Virus record (IMG/VR): IMGVR_UViG_3300033067_000687
Span: 1 to 40,545 of that record
Strand: one strand, 5' to 3'
Length of the DNA stretch: 40,545 bases
DNA from: a virus
Taxonomy: Duplodnaviria; Caudoviricetes
Part shown: piece after piece, positions 32,577-40,545 of the stretch
Layout of the letters: every line of letters begins with the position of its first letter
Position numbering within the stretch: position 1 is the first letter of the stretch
The notes under the pieces: model-generated
Databases searched by the model: none
Told to the model about the DNA's origin: nothing
The model's input: the letters and a program-made list of their open reading frames with translations, nothing else
Made by a program: the position numbers and the translations under genes

Positions 32577-33118
32577 CCCTCACCCTCCTGAGTCGCTCTC
32601 CAGGCCGCGAGCAGCCGGCCGAGTTCGCACGCCTCGGTGTGCCCCTGCTCGCGGGCGTTGAAACAGGTCGCACACACGTCGGTCGGCCGTTCCTGGTTGA
32701 AGTACATCCCCTCCCACTCGCGGGCCTCGACCCACCGGGCGAGCATCTCGCCGGCGTTCAGGCGGTCGATGGTGGCGTCGTCGGGGATGCAGACGATCTG
32801 GCTCCCCTTCCCGAAGGCGACGTTTCCAGTGCAGACCGCCCGCGCCGCCTCGGTCGCCGTCTCCAACTGCGCGAACGGCTCGGGGCGCTCGCCGCGATCC
32901 CAGGCCGCGCACGCCTCGATCCAGCGGTATCGCTCGTCAATCGTGCTGGCCTCGGGGTCAGGACGGAAGCGGCGCGGGTCGCCGCCCAGGAAGGTGCCGT
33001 ACTCCCACCCGGCCCGGTGGCACCCGCTCTTCAGCGCGGCGACCTCCTGTTCCAGCCTGACGGCCAGGGCGCGGGCGTCATCCCGCTGGCTCTTCAGCAC
33101 GGCCTTCGTTTCGCTCAT
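32573..33118 (-). CDS. Hypothetical protein
   Basis: GGAGG RBS; C-terminal CATC...GH..AC. Confidence 0.55.
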   Translation of the reverse strand: MSETKAVLKSQRDDARALAVRLEQEVAALKSGCHRAGWEYGTFLGGDPRRFRPDPEASTIDERYRWIEACAAWDRGERPEPFAQLETATEAARAVCTGNVAFGKGSQIVCIPDDATIDRLNAGEMLARWVEAREWEGMYFNQERPTDVCATCFNAREQGHTEACELGRLLAAWRATQEGEG

Positions 33119-33128
33119 GGGCTTCCTC

Positions 33129-33533
33129 CTATGCGGGCATCGGCAGCGCCAGCCCCCGGCGCTGCCATTCGAGCCACGCCTTCAGGGCGGCGAGGCGGCT
33201 CCGTTTCGTCGGCGGGCGGTCGTCGTGGTGGCAGGGCGAGCACTTGAAGCGCGTCAGCACCAGGGCGACGGCGATGCCGGCGACGGCGACCGCGATCTCG
33301 CCCTGGAGGCCGTCAACCACCGACTCCACGGCCGAGAGCGCGACCAGCAGGCGCATGCCGATGGTATGGAGCCAACGCTGCCAGGGGAGCACTTCAAGCT
33401 GACGGGTCAGGTGCAGCAGGAAGGCGGCGAGCGACGGCAAGGCGAGGCCCAGGCCGACGATCTCCAGCGCGGCGTCGATCAGTTCGAGTAGGTCAACGTA
33501 GGTCATCCGTACCTCCGCTGCGTGGTCGCCCAT
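33129..33533 (-). CDS. Hypothetical membrane protein
   Basis: Three hydrophobic segments; start may be MTYVD. Confidence 0.5.
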   Translation of the reverse strand: MGDHAAEVRMTYVDLLELIDAALEIVGLGLALPSLAAFLLHLTRQLEVLPWQRWLHTIGMRLLVALSAVESVVDGLQGEIAVAVAGIAVALVLTRFKCSPCHHDDRPPTKRSRLAALKAWLEWQRRGLALPMPA

Positions 33534-33727
33534 TCGGCGCGCAGCATCGCGGCCATCAGTCGCTTGCCGTGCTCGATCCTGCCCTCGCCCTCGCGGGGAG
33601 GGGAGAGCAGGACGCAGACGGCGCAGTCGTCGGGCGTCTCACAGGGGAGCGCGCCCGACTCGTCGTGGAGGATCTCCACGAAGATCGCGTTGCGCGGGCC
33701 GTTCGAGTCGGTCTTCGTGGCGGTCAC
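33503..33727 (-). CDS. Hypothetical protein
   Basis: Packing; H...C...CxxC. Confidence 0.4.
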   Translation of the reverse strand: MTATKTDSNGPRNAIFVEILHDESGALPCETPDDCAVCVLLSPPREGEGRIEHGKRLMAAMLRAEWATTQRRYG

Positions 33728-33733
33728 AATCGG

Positions 33734-34450
33734 CTACGACTCTGCTCGCCCCTGAATGGAGCGGGCATCCGTCACCAGGGCGGCGAGGCCGGTGATCGAG
33801 ACGTAGCGCGGCAGCGGACGACCCGCGAACGTCACCAGCAGTTCGAGCGCGTCGGTAAGTTCAGCCAGGAGCGCGGTGTGTTCGTCCTGACGGGGCGGCG
33901 CTGGGGACTGATGCTGCGGCGGCGCGGTCTTCATGGTTTCGTTCCTCCACTCGGGCTTGGTGGCGAGAATGCCCTGGGTCCACTCGGCGTACATCTCGCC
34001 GTTCCAGATCCCATCGACCCAGGACTCGGGGATGGCGTAGGCGATGGCGGCATCCTCGGCGGGGGTGCCTTCTGCCATGAGGGTCCAAATCTCGCGGACT
34101 TCCTCGCGGGTCAAGGTGCGGATCGGGGATGGAGCGTCTGGATGGTCGGGAGTCGTAGATTCCTCAGTGATCGAGGCGTCAATCACCTGGAAGTCGCCGC
34201 GCCGCTCCATCGCCCGGAGTTCCTGCTGCCGATCCTCGGCCTCGTGCAAGATCGCGAACCGATGGATGAATGCGGCGCGGTGCAGGCTGTGGGTCCGAGA
34301 ACGGTCAACCCCGCGACCGACCGGGCGAAACTGGACGTTGTTCGGAGTGACGCGAACGATCTTGACCGGGACTCCGCGCCCCTGAGCCGACACGCAGACC
34401 CACGAGTCCCCCTCCTTCGGCTCGACGGTCCTCATTTGCCCTGCTTCCAC
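33734..34450 (-). CDS. Hypothetical protein with HTH-like segment
   Basis: LTREEVREIW...AAIAYAIPESWVDGIWNG. Confidence 0.55.
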   Translation of the reverse strand: MEAGQMRTVEPKEGDSWVCVSAQGRGVPVKIVRVTPNNVQFRPVGRGVDRSRTHSLHRAAFIHRFAILHEAEDRQQELRAMERRGDFQVIDASITEESTTPDHPDAPSPIRTLTREEVREIWTLMAEGTPAEDAAIAYAIPESWVDGIWNGEMYAEWTQGILATKPEWRNETMKTAPPQHQSPAPPRQDEHTALLAELTDALELLVTFAGRPLPRYVSITGLAALVTDARSIQGRAES

Positions 34451-34950
34451 TAGGCGCTCTCCCTCATGGCCCGACGAGCAATGGACGCCAGGAACATCCA
34501 GCCGGGCGGCGCGGTATCTCGGTGGGGGGCCGGGACTTTGACGACCGCGCGAACCTCGGGCTGACCCTTCGGCCAGCGGGCGCGGTGCCAGTCGTCAAGC
34601 TCGACCGGCTCGACTTCGATCAGGCCGCACTCGGGCGGGATCTCTTCGGGCTTCAGCAGTCCGGATGGCGTCGCGAAGTAGAAGTAGTTCGAGTAGAGCA
34701 GGCCCATGCGGCGCTTCAGTGGCTGCTTGATCTCACGCCGAAAGTCGCCGCGGCTGATTTTGACCTCGTAGGCGAAGCGGTTCTGGCCGGTCGAGGGCCA
34801 GAGGCTCATGGCCCAGGCGTCGAGCCGCTGCTCGACGCCCTTCCCGTAGCCGGTCCCGATCCGCAACTCGCGGAAGAACGCCCACCGTTCGGGCGGCGAA
34901 TGGCGCATGGCGAGCGCGGCCAGGATCTCGTGGTTGCCGATCTCGGTCAT
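34450..34950 (-). CDS. MmcB-like PD-(D/E)xK nuclease
   Basis: RLDAWA...YEVKISRGDF...YFYFATP.GL..PEEIP..CGLI. Confidence 0.8.
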   Translation of the reverse strand: MTEIGNHEILAALAMRHSPPERWAFFRELRIGTGYGKGVEQRLDAWAMSLWPSTGQNRFAYEVKISRGDFRREIKQPLKRRMGLLYSNYFYFATPSGLLKPEEIPPECGLIEVEPVELDDWHRARWPKGQPEVRAVVKVPAPHRDTAPPGWMFLASIARRAMRESA

Positions 34951-35819
34951 GACGCCTTTGCTCGCAGCGCCCGCTCGATGTCGAACGGGGATGGCGTCAG
35001 ACGGCAGATCAGCCCGTTCCAGGTGAAGGATGTCGCGCCGCGAAGGTACTCGTGGACCAATACCTCGTCAGTCCCGTCGCGACGGCCGCGCCAGTGCTCG
35101 CTGACCCAATGGCGAAGGGCGGCACGGCGCGACTTCCCCTCGGGGATGTCACGAAGGCGAAAGACCGCCCTCGCCCCCTCCGGATCAGTGGGGAACTCGA
35201 CGCCGGGGAAGCCTTCGTGCGCCAGATACACTCGCCACTGGTAGCGTTTCGTGAACTGCATGCCGAGCGCGACCTGGAGGCATAAGTTCCGATGTTCGCT
35301 GTCGGTAAAACCGTCGCCAAAGGCGTAGCTTGCGAAGCCGGTCTGCTCGACCAGTCGTTTTGGCCCGGTCACCATCCAGTCAGTCCCGCTGCGCGGGGCG
35401 TAGTAGAACCGCGTCAGTTCATCAAGGCGACCGCCTCCCCCGATAAGCGCGGTGGTCATTTCGATGTGCTGCGGCCGACCCGGCAACACCAGCCCCTTCA
35501 CTTCCTTGAAGGGGGCTTGGCGATACCGGACCAGGGCGTAGCCTTCCGGACACCCGGTAAACCCGACGATGAGGCGAACGTCGACCGGCGTATCAAGGTC
35601 GTCTAGCTTGGCGTCCGAGAACAGGGAGTCGCGGTCGCCGTCGTGGGTCATGTCGGCGTCAAGGAGCGGCTCGGCGCGGTCGAAGAACTTCGCCGTGACC
35701 TTCTGCTCCGGGCCAATCAACTGCTTCGGCTTCCACTTCGCGTCGGCAAGCAGATGGTCGATGGTGCGGTCGATCATCGCTTCAATCGCGGCAGCCCTGG
35801 CCTTGTCAACTTTCGGCAC
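34947..35819 (-). CDS. Hypothetical protein (290 aa)
   Basis: Long ORF; RRAALRHWVSEHWR...VHEYLRG C-terminal motif. Confidence 0.65.
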   Translation of the reverse strand: MPKVDKARAAAIEAMIDRTIDHLLADAKWKPKQLIGPEQKVTAKFFDRAEPLLDADMTHDGDRDSLFSDAKLDDLDTPVDVRLIVGFTGCPEGYALVRYRQAPFKEVKGLVLPGRPQHIEMTTALIGGGGRLDELTRFYYAPRSGTDWMVTGPKRLVEQTGFASYAFGDGFTDSEHRNLCLQVALGMQFTKRYQWRVYLAHEGFPGVEFPTDPEGARAVFRLRDIPEGKSRRAALRHWVSEHWRGRRDGTDEVLVHEYLRGATSFTWNGLICRLTPSPFDIERALRAKAS

Positions 35820-35849
35820 GCTCTTTCCCCCCTTGCTTGACTTCGCCCA

Positions 35850-36113
35850 TCAGTTCCCCTCGGGCACCGCCGTCGCCAGCGACCGCAGCCGCCGGTAGCA
35901 GGGGCGGCAGGACGGGTTGACCTCGGCGTCGTTCATGTCGGTCGCGCCGAGCGGGTACGCGATCAGGAACAGCGTCGCGGGAGCCTCGCAACCGATCCCG
36001 TCCGGGCCGTTCGGCAGGCCGGTGCAGCGCACGTCGATACCCTGCGGCACCGGGACGGCCTGGGCTTCGATCAGGGCGTCGTCCCGCATCGTCGCCATCG
36101 TCTTGATCGTCAT
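35850..36113 (-). CDS. Hypothetical Cys-containing protein
   Basis: ATG overlaps the methyltransferase stop. Confidence 0.45.
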   Translation of the reverse strand: MTIKTMATMRDDALIEAQAVPVPQGIDVRCTGLPNGPDGIGCEAPATLFLIAYPLGATDMNDAEVNPSCRPCYRRLRSLATAVPEGN

Positions 36114-36880
36114 GCGACCCCCGGCAGCGCAGCCTGGAGCACGACGGCCTCCAGCATCGGCCAGTAGCCCGGCTCGCGCTCGATCAGCCACGCCTCGCGT
36201 CCGTAGGCGCGGGCGACCTTGCCAGTCGTGCCGGTGCCGGCCCACGGGTCGAGCACCACGTCGCCGGGGCTACTGAACAGGCCGATCAGGCGGGCGACCA
36301 GCGCCTCGGGGAAGGCCAGCGGCTGGCCCGCCCCCGAGCGCCGTCCGGGCGGTAGCACCCACACGTCTTTGGTCGCTTCGAGGTAGTCGGCCACTCCCCA
36401 CTCGTTGGACATGCCGGCGACGCTGTACGTCTCCTTCGAGGCCAGCAGCACCATCTCGTGGACCGGCCGGGCGTACGGGTTGGTCGGCGCTCCGAACGCC
36501 GTCGTGGAGGCCGTGGGCGTCACGCCGTCCGTGGCCTTGACCCACACAATCGGCTCGCGCAGCAGCCAGCCCATCGGCAGGAGCAACTGCGCCGCGATCA
36601 CCGACGCCAGCGGGTAGGCCCGGTGGTGCGCCGTGCGGATCGTCTGCGGCACGTTCAGCGCCAGGACGCCGCCCGTCTTCAGCACGATCTGAAGGTGCGC
36701 CAGGGTGCGGCCGAGCATGTGGAGATACTCGGGTAGCGGCAGCGAGTCGCCAGCGCCGCCGTCGCGGTAGTCGTAGCCGACGTTGTAGGGCGGGCTGGTG
36801 ACGACCAACTGGACGCCGCCGGCCTCGATATCGGACAGGGCGGCGAGGTTGTCGCCCCGATAGAGCCTGCTCTCGCTCAT
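36110..36880 (-). CDS. Orphan DNA methyltransferase, beta class (N4-C / N6-A)
   Basis: VTSPPY catalytic motif before VLDPWAGTGTT SAM motif; AFPEALV. Confidence 0.9.
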   Translation of the reverse strand: MSESRLYRGDNLAALSDIEAGGVQLVVTSPPYNVGYDYRDGGAGDSLPLPEYLHMLGRTLAHLQIVLKTGGVLALNVPQTIRTAHHRAYPLASVIAAQLLLPMGWLLREPIVWVKATDGVTPTASTTAFGAPTNPYARPVHEMVLLASKETYSVAGMSNEWGVADYLEATKDVWVLPPGRRSGAGQPLAFPEALVARLIGLFSSPGDVVLDPWAGTGTTGKVARAYGREAWLIEREPGYWPMLEAVVLQAALPGVA

Positions 36881-37374
36881 GCGAATCCCTTCATCAACAT
36901 GAATCTCTGGCCGGCGCGACCGCACTCGTCATCGCACCAGACGTTGTGTTTGCTGACCGGCCCGCCCCGTTTGCCGACGCCGGCCTGCAACTGCGCCTTC
37001 GTCGGGTGGCCGTCAAGCCGCACGTAGTCGAGCGCCCTGAGCCGCCCGAGCACCATCGCCATCCGTCGCCGCCACTCCAGCGGGATGCCGGTCAGGCGGG
37101 CGTCGTCGCGGAAGCGTCGGATCGTCACCAGCGAGTCGGTGCAGACCTTCCCGGACCAGCCGTACGGCAGCGCCTCCAGGCCGGAGAGCAGCGCGTAGAA
37201 CTCGGTCTGGTTGTTCGTGACCGGCCCGCCGACCTCGGACGGCAGGATCACGCCGCTGGCGTGCCAGATGCGGTAGTCGTCAGCGTCCACATGGCACGTC
37301 GCCCAGGTGCCCGCGATGGGCGACGGGTTGACGCGCAGCACCCCGCCGTCCGCATAGATCGCCGCCGCGCTCAC
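36877..37374 (-). CDS. RNase H-like protein
   Basis: IYADGG...TNNQTEFYA...VCTDS...GHP...NVWCD; GTG at 37374. Confidence 0.8.
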   Translation of the reverse strand: MSAAAIYADGGVLRVNPSPIAGTWATCHVDADDYRIWHASGVILPSEVGGPVTNNQTEFYALLSGLEALPYGWSGKVCTDSLVTIRRFRDDARLTGIPLEWRRRMAMVLGRLRALDYVRLDGHPTKAQLQAGVGKRGGPVSKHNVWCDDECGRAGQRFMLMKGFA

Positions 37375-37853
37375 GGCGCGACCGCCGGCATGTCGCCGCA
37401 GTAGGCGCACCAGCCGCGCCCACCGTCGCCCTCGTGGCCGGGGCAGACCTGACGGAAGCGGTGCTCCCACAGGTCGCCCTCGGTGGCGGTCAGCAGGCCC
37501 ACCGCCACGAACGCGCCGACCGCGCCGTCCGTCATGTCGAGCACGGCCGGCTCGATGCCGTTCCGCATCTCTTCGTGCATCTGGCGCAGGAAGGTGTCGG
37601 CCTTTGCCCGCATGATCGCGGCCGACTCCGAAGCCGGCCTGCCCTCGGTGCCCGAGTCGCGCTTCAGCATCCCGAGCGTGATGTAGCTGAAGGCGTCCAC
37701 CAGTTCGGCCAGCCCGTATTCGAGCGGGTCGATCTTCGAGTCGAGGTTCAAGAGTTCGCCGTACTCCTGCAACCCCTTCTGCTCCTGCTGTTCGAGCAGC
37801 ACCCGGAACATGGTCCGGACGTGCAGCCCGATGGGTTCCGATCCTCCGAGCAT
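37371..37853 (-). CDS. Hypothetical protein, N-terminus resembles all-alpha NTP pyrophosphatases
   Basis: KGLQEYG..L...AELVDAFSYI. Confidence 0.4.
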   Translation of the reverse strand: MLGGSEPIGLHVRTMFRVLLEQQEQKGLQEYGELLNLDSKIDPLEYGLAELVDAFSYITLGMLKRDSGTEGRPASESAAIMRAKADTFLRQMHEEMRNGIEPAVLDMTDGAVGAFVAVGLLTATEGDLWEHRFRQVCPGHEGDGGRGWCAYCGDMPAVAP

Positions 37854-38167
37854 CAAGCCACCACGCTTTCCGCAACCTGGGCGACGCACCAGACCACGGC
37901 CATTCGGCCGCTCATGGTCCGGCGGCGCTGGCCGCTGTCGATCACCGAGCGGCGCAGCACCAACTCGCGGCGGCGGGGCCGCTCGGTGTTGGCCGGCATC
38001 GCCAGGATCGCCTGGATCTCTTCGTCGGTCGCGCCGCGCTCGCCGCGCTTCACCAGCAGGGCGAGCACCTGGGCGCGCAGCGTGTTCGGGTCGCGGACGG
38101 CCCGCGCCGCCGCCTCGGATGTGTCGGAGCCGGCCACGAACGGCGGGACGCCGTTGTACTCGGTCAT
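37853..38167 (-). CDS. Phage winged-HTH protein (starts MTEYNG)
   Basis: DTSEAAA...GATDEEI...RPRRRELV...DSG.RR..SGR.AVVW. Confidence 0.7.
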   Translation of the reverse strand: MTEYNGVPPFVAGSDTSEAAARAVRDPNTLRAQVLALLVKRGERGATDEEIQAILAMPANTERPRRRELVLRRSVIDSGQRRRTMSGRMAVVWCVAQVAESVVA

Positions 38168-38748
38168 AGCCGGGGCATCCGCTCTTCGCGCAGCGCGCCG
38201 CAGTAGTAGCCGGCGCTCGGCACGGTGCAGATGAACTTGAACTCGCCCTTGCCCTTCGTGGCCTCCGGCTCCAACTTGGCTCGCAGGCGGGCGATGTTCA
38301 CTCGCAGGAGATGGAACTCGCACTCGTACTCCTGGCCCCACACCAGCGTCAGCAGCCGGGAATGGGGCACCACGAGGCCGTTGGCCCCGATAACCACCAT
38401 CAAGATGCGCCACTCGACCGGCGTCAAGTGGACCTTCTTGCCCTTGCGCCGGACCTCGAAGTAGCCCGGCGAGATGACCCAATCGCCCACGCGGATCACC
38501 TCGGAAGGGCCAGCGACGCCCTCGACCAGCGTCTGGAGGGTTCGCGCGTCGATGACCGCGAGGCCGGCGGCTTCGAGCCGCTGGACGGCCTGACGGGTGA
38601 CAGCGGCCGTGGCGCGGCGGCGGGCGGCGGCGAGCAGATAGGGGTCGGGCGCGTCGCGGTCGTCGGCCCGCCAGCGGGACATGCTGGTGCGCGGCTCTGC
38701 GAGATTTGCTACCACGATGTTCTCTCCAGAGGTTGTTTCGGATGCCAC
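38164..38748 (-). CDS. OmpR/PhoB-type DNA-binding domain without a receiver domain
   Basis: VHLTPVEWRIL...LLTLVWG.EY...LRVNIARLRAKLE...ICTVPSAGY, KdpE-like. Confidence 0.85.
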   Translation of the reverse strand: MASETTSGENIVVANLAEPRTSMSRWRADDRDAPDPYLLAAARRRATAAVTRQAVQRLEAAGLAVIDARTLQTLVEGVAGPSEVIRVGDWVISPGYFEVRRKGKKVHLTPVEWRILMVVIGANGLVVPHSRLLTLVWGQEYECEFHLLRVNIARLRAKLEPEATKGKGEFKFICTVPSAGYYCGALREERMPRL

Positions 38749-38797
38749 AGGCGGTCAGCGCGGGCCACAAAGAACGGCCGACGCTGACCGCCGACCG

Positions 38798-39718
38798 TTA
38801 CGCCTGGACAGCGGCCGGCAGGATCACCCGCTGGCCGTCGTACGGCGTCCCCTCGATCTTGATGGGGTAGAGCGTGGTCCGCTCGTACGGCCGCGCCTTG
38901 AACGTCCGACCCTCGAACGCCCCGTTCCAGCAGGCCGCGACCACCCGCGCCACGATGGCCGGCGCGCGGCGAGCCAGCGGCGTCGTCAGCATGTACTCGC
39001 GGAGCACCAACTCCGGCGACTCAGCCCGCAGTCCGTCAGCTTCGGCCGTGGTGCGCCAGAACGACTCGGCCAGTTCCGGCTGGTGACGGAACGTGATGAG
39101 TGCGACCGCGAAGCACGCCCCGGTGTACAGCCGTTTCGAGTGTCGCCCCTTGCCGATGACCCTGGACGCCTCGCGAACCTCGGGTGCCCACTCGAAGATC
39201 AGCGCCTTGCGGGCGTCGGGGTGGACGCCGCGCGTGCCGCGATCCATCTTGGCGAAGCCGGTGCCGATCAGCGAGACGGCCGCGCTGGCGTTCTTCACGT
39301 CGAGCGCCGTCAGGCCGATCCGCTCGAACGCCCCTTCGGCGTGCAGCACGTCCCGCAGGGTGCGGCCGATGCCCCGGTCGAGCCGTCCGTACTCGGCGTC
39401 GAGTTCGCCCTCCGACTCGCAGGAGGCTTCGATCACGACCACCGTCGCCGGCATGCCTGACAGCACGATTGCGCTCAGGCGGTGCTGGCCGTCGATCAGG
39501 TAGGTTCGCTTGCCGACCGTCCGGACCTGGATGGCCGTCGTCTCGAAGGTGCCGCGCCGAATCGTCGCGGCCAGCATCTCGACGTGCCCCTCCCGCAACG
39601 GCCGCTGTCGCGGGTACTTCCAATCGGTGAGCCACCGCGCCGCCATCTCGGGCGTCACGGTCACGACGCGCGTGTCCAGCAGCCCGCTCGGCGCGGGCCA
39701 GATTCCTTGTGCCACCAC
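38798..39718 (-). CDS. ParB/Srx-like DGQHR-motif protein
   Basis: VTPEMAARWL...QRPL...LIDGQHRLSAI...LDRG..RT. Confidence 0.75.
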   Translation of the reverse strand: MVAQGIWPAPSGLLDTRVVTVTPEMAARWLTDWKYPRQRPLREGHVEMLAATIRRGTFETTAIQVRTVGKRTYLIDGQHRLSAIVLSGMPATVVVIEASCESEGELDAEYGRLDRGIGRTLRDVLHAEGAFERIGLTALDVKNASAAVSLIGTGFAKMDRGTRGVHPDARKALIFEWAPEVREASRVIGKGRHSKRLYTGACFAVALITFRHQPELAESFWRTTAEADGLRAESPELVLREYMLTTPLARRAPAIVARVVAACWNGAFEGRTFKARPYERTTLYPIKIEGTPYDGQRVILPAAVQA

Positions 39719-39733
39719 GTTGTCTGCTCCTGG

Positions 39734-40543
39734 TTACAGTGCGCGTAGGTCGGTGTGTCGGACCTCGAACGTCTTCCCCTTCGCCATCTCTCGGATGCGG
39801 CTGGCGCTCCGTGGGCCGATGCGCTCCATCAGAGCCGGGGGCTTCAGGTTGGTCGTGATGATCGTCCGCGCGTTCCGGTTGTACCTCCTGTTGAAGAGAT
39901 CGAATATCGTGGCTTCCAGCCACTCGGCTCCGGCCTTCTCGGTGCCCAGGTCGTCAAGGAACAGCGCGTCCACGCCGACCAGGGCATCGGTGATGTCCGT
40001 CTCCGAAAATGCCGAAGTCCGGGAGTAGGTCGATTTGATGCGCGCCAGCAGTTCCGGCGCGCTCTTGAACAAGACCGTCTGCTCGCGGAGCGCAAACTCG
40101 TGCAGCAGGGCGATAGCAAGCGCCGTCTTGCCGTGACCGGGCGGTCCATAGAGGATCAGCCAGGAGTTCGACTGGTCTAGCCATTTCCGCATCCGCACCA
40201 CCACGTCTCCGGCCCAGGCCACGTCCGGGTGAGCGGCGGCGAACCAGTCGAGCGTCGCGTGCTGGTAGCGGGGAGGGACGGCCTCGTCGTGCCAGAACGT
40301 GGCGAGTTTCGTGCGGACCCGCCGGTCGTGCCAGTAGCGCCGCACCCGCTCTCGGTACTGCTCGGCGGCGACCTTAGCCGCGTCGGCCTCCGGGCAGGAG
40401 CACCACTCGCGGTAGGCCATCGGCGGGTCTTCAGGATCGTCAGGGATTACGCCCAGACGCTGGCCGTTGTCGTCCACCGGCAGCGGCACGTAGCCCCATT
40501 TGCCGCCGTTGCCGCCACACCAGCAGTCGGCCGGTCGCTCGGT
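39734..40543 (-). CDS. DnaC/IstB-like AAA+ helicase loader (5' end truncated by the window)
   Basis: GPPGHGKT, LFLDDLG.E, RYN...TIITTN, SRI; frame stays open to the window edge. Confidence 0.9.
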   Translation of the reverse strand, partial: TERPADCWCGGNGGKWGYVPLPVDDNGQRLGVIPDDPEDPPMAYREWCSCPEADAAKVAAEQYRERVRRYWHDRRVRTKLATFWHDEAVPPRYQHATLDWFAAAHPDVAWAGDVVVRMRKWLDQSNSWLILYGPPGHGKTALAIALLHEFALREQTVLFKSAPELLARIKSTYSRTSAFSETDITDALVGVDALFLDDLGTEKAGAEWLEATIFDLFNRRYNRNARTIITTNLKPPALMERIGPRSASRIREMAKGKTFEVRHTDLRAL

Positions 40544-40545
40544 CG

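Noticed and set aside
38798-39718. DndB/Dnd phosphorothioation operon or plasmid partition system
   Set aside because: DGQHR alone is common in phage ParB-like proteins; no dndD/E or parA is in the window.
1-40545. tRNA, rRNA, integrase or transposase genes
   Set aside because: None recognisable by eye; tRNAscan and HMM searches would be needed to exclude them.

Overview
A ~40.5-kb, high-GC stretch of a tailed dsDNA phage or prophage (HK97-fold capsid, long non-contractile tail). Almost all genes are on the - strand. Read right to left they are: replication/early genes (DnaC-like loader, DGQHR/ParB-like, orphan OmpR-type wHTH, RNase H-like, N4/N6 DNA methyltransferase, MmcB-like, VRR-NUC, HNH), then a PP-loop enzyme with an acidic partner and an unannotated basic peptide, terminase S/L, a portal-MuF fusion, ten small inserted ORFs, protease, capsid, connectors with an embedded holin, major tail, a frameshifting tail chaperone, tape measure with an SLT domain, tail tip/fibres and an XRE regulator. 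No integrase or endolysin is visible. A GAAC-N4-GTTC box and the KdpE-like domain suggest a monoderm host such as Chloroflexota or Actinomycetota (inference). The standout feature is a + strand island (about 26.9-29.6 kb) between the early and packaging modules. It has a near-consensus sigma70 promoter with a palindromic operator and encodes an amidoligase, a class I glutamine amidotransferase and an HTH protein. The amidoligase is flanked by mutually inverted repeat arrays. Across two ~0.5-kb tracts every CpG on the + strand is CGG (about 57 of 57 by hand count), a strand-specific avoidance of CGA/CGC/CGT that I did not notice elsewhere in the window. My hypothesis is a packaging-linked, strand-specific DNA modification (candidate: the adjacent PP-loop enzyme) with a modification-free immediate-early cassette. 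All product calls come from motif recognition by eye; no searches were run.
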